Origin: Hyphochytrium catenoides
Taxonomy: Eukaryota; Protista; Hyphochytriomycota
Reading direction: 5' to 3'
DNA length: 52,434 nucleotides
Assembly (NCBI GenBank): GCA_900088475.1
Contig: FLMG01002243.1
Coordinates: forward strand, 1-52,434
Position numbers and translations under genes: made by a program
Part shown: piece by piece, positions 47,663 through 52,434 of the stretch
Numbering within the stretch: the first letter of the stretch is position 1
How the letters are laid out: each line of letters starts with the position of its first letter
The notes under the pieces: generated by a model
What the model was told of the DNA's origin: nothing
The model's input: only the letters and a program-made list of their open reading frames with translations
Database searches by the model: none

Positions 47663-50563
47663 CCTTCTTCTCCTGGATCTGACTTCGGATGATCGTGAGC
47701 CGCTCCAAGCTCTCCGACAACTTTCCAAGCCATTCTGCTAGCGCCACTTCCTGCCTTGTCTTCTCCTTCTCCGCTCTTTCTCTCTCTTTCTGGACCTGGG
47801 CTTTTCGCTGTTCCAACTCTCTCACAAGTGTTTCCTTCTCCTGCTCACTTTTCGCCTCCTGCTCTTCGAACTTCTTGACCTCAACGTCCTTCTCTCTCGA
47901 CTGTTTTTCAAGATCTCCTTTGGCTAACAGAAGCTCTTTCTCTCTCTCCTGCAGCTCAGTCCGAAGCTTCTCCAGAGAGAGAGAGAGGTCCTCAACCTGA
48001 CTCTTCCACCTCTGTGACTCTTGTTCCTTCTCTGTCTCTCTCTGCCTCAGCTCACTCTCTCTTGCTGCGTTCGCTACCTCGTCCTGTTCAGGCTCCCCTC
48101 TTCCGTCTTTAATTGCAGAAGGGAGAGATTCATCCTCTCTCTTTCCTCCAGAACGTTGAGAAAGAGGAGGCGAAGGAGACGATGAAGAGAGTTGAGAGGA
48201 TACCGTCTCTCTCTGCTTGGCGCTCTCCAGCGCGAGAGAGAGCTCTTGACACTTAGCGCTTGCTAAGCGTAGCTCCTTCTCAAGGTCCTCCACTCTCTCC
48301 TGTAAGCGTGCGGAGGAGGGGGAGAGAGACGAGACTTCTCTTTGGCTGCTTGGCATAGCGGCGCTCTTTCCGTGGTCTATGGCTCTCTCATCTTTCCCTG
48401 CAGAAGCCACAATGTCCTTTACCTCTTCGTTCTCTGTAGTCGAACGCAGACTTTGAGGCGCTGGAGCAAAGGAGAGAGAGAGAAGCATTACGTTAGGAAA
48501 AAAAAGGGGTAGAGGTTGAGAAGGAAGAGTGGAAAGATGAGCTTGATCGGGAGATGGCGAGGCGAGAGGGAAAGAAAAGAGAGAATGGTTATACAATGAC
48601 AGATCCCATGCAGAGAAAAGACTCAGGAGGAGGGTTCTTATCCTAGGGAAAGAACAAAGAGAATCACGCAGAGAGCAAGGAGGCAGAAAGAAAGAAGCAG
48701 AAGAAGAGAAAAGAAGGAGGAGAGCAGAAGTGACAAAGATTAGCATTCTCACTCTCTAGGCTTTTATCTACTGGATGAACATTCACGCTCTCGTTCAACG
48801 TCTCAAGACGTTTGCCCCACTCCTCATCCTGACGTTGAAGCTGCAGGGGGAGATCCTCCTTCTCTTTCCTCAGCAACTTGAGCTCTCTTTCTCTCTTGAG
48901 CTCTCTTTCTCTCTGTTCTTCTGCTTGTTCTCTCCCTCCTGAGGCCTGTGGAGATATATTGGGAAGGGAAGGCGAAGAAGGAGAACTCCTATCTTTGCTC
49001 TCTTGTGAGGCTTCGCCGTGGCTCTGAAGGGTCGCCACTTCAGAAGGACGGGAAGAAGAGACATCTGAAGGAGGAGAGAGAGAAGGAAGAGAGACGGCCG
49101 AAAGAACCTTTTCCCTGTAGAGTGCCAGCAGATCGAGAAGAGACAGAGACGGAGACACTCCTAGCTCTTTCGCCCATTCCTGCACTTCTTCTTCTCTTCT
49201 AGAAAGAGGGCCCGAGGTCCTATCATTGAGTTTCCTCTCTTCATCTACATCGAGTGAGTATTCGGGAGAAGATGAGAGAGTAGAAGTTGTCGTCTCTTTT
49301 GTCTTCTTTCCTGCCTCTTGTTCGGAAGAGGAGACGGGCTCTGTGGGGAGAGAGAGAGAGGAAGTCCACCGAGCTTGGTAGATATTTAGAAGCTCAGAGA
49401 GAGAGAGCGTGGAAGAGACACCCACTTCCTTGGCGAGCCTCTCGAACTCGCCCTCTAGTTCACTCTTCTCCTTCTCCTTCGACTTCTCGTCCGGTGGAGG
49501 CAGAGAAACTGCAGGAGACTGAGAAGGTATAGAAGCAATAACCTTGTCTTTATAAACAGCTAGTAGATCTGGGAGAGAGAGAGAGAAAGAGACGTTGAGA
49601 TCCTTCGCGAGGCGCTTCACTTCCTCTTCCCGATATCTCTCCCCTTCCTCCAGCTTGCTCTCTATCTCTTCAATGGTAGCTCGGACTTCTGTCTCTCGGC
49701 CTAACCTATCATTTTCTTCTTGCAAGCCCCGCAAGCGAGAAAGAGAGAGAGAATGCTCATTCTGCAGGTCCGCAATGGTGCTCTGCAGAGCGGCAACTCT
49801 GTTATCAAAGAGCTGTCTTTCTCTCTCCTGGTCAAGTCTATGTTTTTCTCTTGTCTCTGCTTCCTCTCTGCTTCTTGCTTCTCTCTCTTGCTTGATCTCC
49901 CTTTCATAGTGCTCCTTCAGAGTGGAGACCTCTTTGCTGTGCAAGTCCTTGACACGGAGAAGTTCCTCTCTCTGAGCTATCAAGAGACTCTCTCTTTCTT
50001 CTTCTCTCTCTCTTTGCATCTCCATTTGGTCATTATAGATTGCGGAGAGCAGTTTCTGCTGCTCAGAGAGCTGCGTCCTCAGGGCCTCAGAGAGAGAGAA
50101 AAGCCTGTTCTCTGCTTCTTTCTTGACTCGTTCAAGTTCTTGCCTAGAGAGAGAGAGTTGCTCCTTCTGCCTTTCTACCTTTAGCAAGGCTCGCTTCTTT
50201 GTCTCTAAGACAACCCCTTCATAATGCTTCACGGTATCCTGGTAGGTGGCGGAGAGGAAGGGAGTGAAGAAAAATTGAAAAGAGGATGAGACAGCAGCAA
50301 ACAGGTTTGAGAGACATTAGGGAGGAGAGGCAAAAAGGGAGAGAGAGAGAGACAGAGAGAGAGAGTGTGTGTGAGAAAGAGAGAGTGAGAGAGAGTTAGT
50401 GAGAGAGGGACAGAGGGAGGCGCTCGGGGTGGAGGAGCTCTGAATCGTAGAGAATAAGAGAAGGAGTGGCATCGGAGACAGACGGAGGGAGCAAGAAGGA
50501 ATTAACCTCCCAAGATAAGAAAAAATAGAAGTGTCATCGAAGTAGACAGACCACAGGAGAGAC

Positions 50564-50608
<45 letters not shown>

Positions 50609-51214
50609 GAGCACAAGGAGAGGGAGTAGGACCGCTGTAGAGGGGACAGAAGGGAGAGGAGAAGGGCAAGAGAAGGGAAAGAGAGAAGACTGCTAGAGCT
50701 GACAACATGAGAGTATTCTTTTTACCTGGTGCAGCTGTTTATAGTGCGAGTCAAGCTTCTCTAAGACGTCAAGATGCCTTTTCTTCATAAGAGTCATACC
50801 CTGCACCACCTCTAACAGGTGCTTCTTGGCTATCCACAGAGGAATGTAAGACTGCTCTCCATTCTCTTTGTCTCTCTCTCCTGTCCTTCCTTCTTTCTCC
50901 GCTCCCCTTTGCAGCTTCGAGTACATAGCAGCCGGCGACAGAGGAGGAGACAAGCACTGCTGCGAGAAGATTTCTCCCAGACTAATGCTCCCAGAACCAG
51001 GAGGCTTTGCTGAGGGGCTGAAAAGGTGAGAGGAAGAGGCCGGAGCAGGTATCGAGGGCGGAGGAGTGGATGGTGTGAGCGGAGGCGGAAGTTGGAGAGG
51101 AGGACGAGCATCTCTTTCTTTGGCCTCATTCTTCGTCTCTCCCTGAGGCGCGGAGGATGTGACGACAATAATCTTCCTCTCTACAGGCTCAGGGGGTGCT
51201 GGGTACACCTCCAT
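41457..51214 (-). CDS. Kinesin-14 with C-terminal motor, KCBP (calmodulin-binding)-like, long coiled-coil stalk; about 15 exons, roughly 1700 aa; start codon uncertain
   Basis: Neck [24 protein letters not shown]-loop [67 protein letters not shown], and a post-motor helix [32 protein letters not shown]. Upstream exons are E/K/R-rich coiled coil. No MyTH4/FERM recognised. Confidence 0.92.
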
Positions 51215-51887
51215 CTCTGGCTTCCAGTCGTCTCTTGCTGCCGCCGACACACCTAGTGCTCTATCAGATCATCAAGCAGGTTTGTCCTTGCCCCCATGTG
51301 GCACAATCTCTTGGTCATAGGACTGGGGTTGGCAGAGAATAGCTGAAGATGACCATAGTCTTAGCAGCAGGAAAGGCAATGAGCGCTGTAGGCAGTGCAC
51401 GCCGTTATCACGAGTGCACCCGCCGAGGAGTTTGAGTCGGCTGAGTCGGCTGCCCCCACAAAACCGGTCCCTGGGTGGTCCCCTCGCTCGCGTGCAGCTT
51501 TCTCTCTCTCTCTAGAGCACCCTTTCCTTTCCTTTTCTCTCCCTCTCTCTCTCCTCTTGCTAGGGTGGTCTTTCCTCGCGGTCTGTCTCTCCCCTCTTTC
51601 TCTCTCTCTCTATCTCTTGTCATGCTGTTCTGTTCTCCTCCTTCCAAAGCTTAGCATCTTCTCTCTCTCTTCTGCTTCTAAGTCTCCGCAGGTCGTAGGG
51701 CTGGTCAGCCATCAAAACAGCCCCCGAAGGTGATGCTAGGAAGAGAAAACGGTTCGATTCTCACCGTTAGCGGTCCGGTACATCAACCCCGCCAATATGT
51801 CTAAGGTAACATGGGTATCTAGCCCTTTCCATGCATGGTGAAAGACCCAGGTTGCAACTACGAAAGCACATTTTTTGGCGTTACGCT

Positions 51888-51926
51888 ATTGGCTGGGAAA
51901 GCCGACATTGTAAGCTTCTAGCCAAT
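51888..51926. promoter_or_regulatory. Inverted pair of CCAAT boxes, candidate bidirectional promoter
   Basis: ATTGGCT (51888) and AGCCAAT (ends 51926) form an inverted pair between the kinesin 5' end (- strand) and a possible + strand gene at 52231. Confidence 0.35.
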
Positions 51927-52230
51927 CAGAGCACTGACTACGGGTGAAGGACGGTATTTTGGGTAATCTAGGTTTAATGGTCGGGTCAGAGGGGAAGTGG
52001 TGCGATGCGCGGATATTTTTTGTGTGTGAAGATCATCGGCAAAGCTCCTTCGGCATCAAGATCTGAAGCTGAGAAAGCTGCATCTCCCTGAAAGCTGCTT
52101 CTCTGTGGGAGATGCAGCCTGAAAGAAGGACGACGGATGCCCTAGCCTTGATTTCTTGGTTGTCAGGCATGAATAGGTGGCAGAGACTAGGACAAGCTCA
52201 ATAGAGAAGTGACTGGACTGGACCATCATC

Positions 52231-52339
52231 ATGGAAGCTGCCCCAGCGTCTGCTCCTGGCGATCAGCGGAAGTTCAAGACACATAATCTTTTCCATTTTT
52301 GCCTGTCTCCGAGCGTAAGCTCATCCATGACCGCCGCAG
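52231..52339 (+). CDS. Possible first exon of a gene continuing beyond the window; product unknown
   Basis: ATG in a good context (atcATGG), open frame MEAAPASAPGDQRKFKTHNLFHFCLSP..., followed by GTAAGC donor candidates at 52315 and 52340. No homology recognised. Confidence 0.3.
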
Positions 52340-52434
52340 GTAAGCGACGAACTTAATCTTTACGCAGATACGGTTCCTTTGTACCGAGAACTAAATTAGC
52401 TTCTCGCCTCAGGGGTGCCTCTGAATCAGCCGAA

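Noticed and set aside
51730-51770. GGTTCGATTC B-box / tRNA-like motif
   Set aside because: The flanks do not form T, D or anticodon arms.
52060-52130. TPP riboswitch (GCTGAGA motif next to a hairpin)
   Set aside because: The other conserved TPP aptamer elements are absent.
1-52434. CRISPR array, rRNA or prokaryotic operon/defence system
   Set aside because: No regularly spaced repeats or rRNA signatures; the genes are spliceosomal-intron eukaryotic genes.

Overview
Gene-dense, intron-rich eukaryotic nuclear DNA in the standard genetic code, with GT-AG introns, abundant (AG/CT)n microsatellites and five assembly gaps. The AP-3 delta, NDUFB9 and S1/P1 sequences resemble, from memory, stramenopile (oomycete/ochrophyte-like) proteins; the taxon is an inference. 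I hand-spliced 12 protein-coding genes: F-box+Sec7 protein (-), anamorsin/Dre2 (-), an ENT-family transporter (-), a secreted S1/P1 nuclease (-), a membrane-anchored GH18 hydrolase (-), WASHC3/CCDC53 (+), a ZNF706-like zinc-finger protein (-), NDUFB9 (+), a centrin (+), SMG9 (-), AP-3 delta adaptin (+) and a large C-terminal-motor kinesin-14 of KCBP type (-). A further gene may start at the right edge. The ~5.5-19.6 kb interval looks accessory: three scavenging-type genes separated by decayed coding relics, including a Ty1/copia protease remnant. No rRNA, tRNA or CRISPR array is supported, and no new system can be proven from sequence alone. The best leads are (i) the co-oriented ENT / S1-P1 nuclease / GH18 cluster, (ii) a TAG excess suggesting CAG->TAG deamination, (iii) a likely catalytically impaired, tail-anchored F-box-Sec7 protein, (iv) unannotated modules in the kinesin stalk, and (v) introns with complementary (GA)n 5' and (TC)n 3' halves. 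Exon boundaries are manual predictions.
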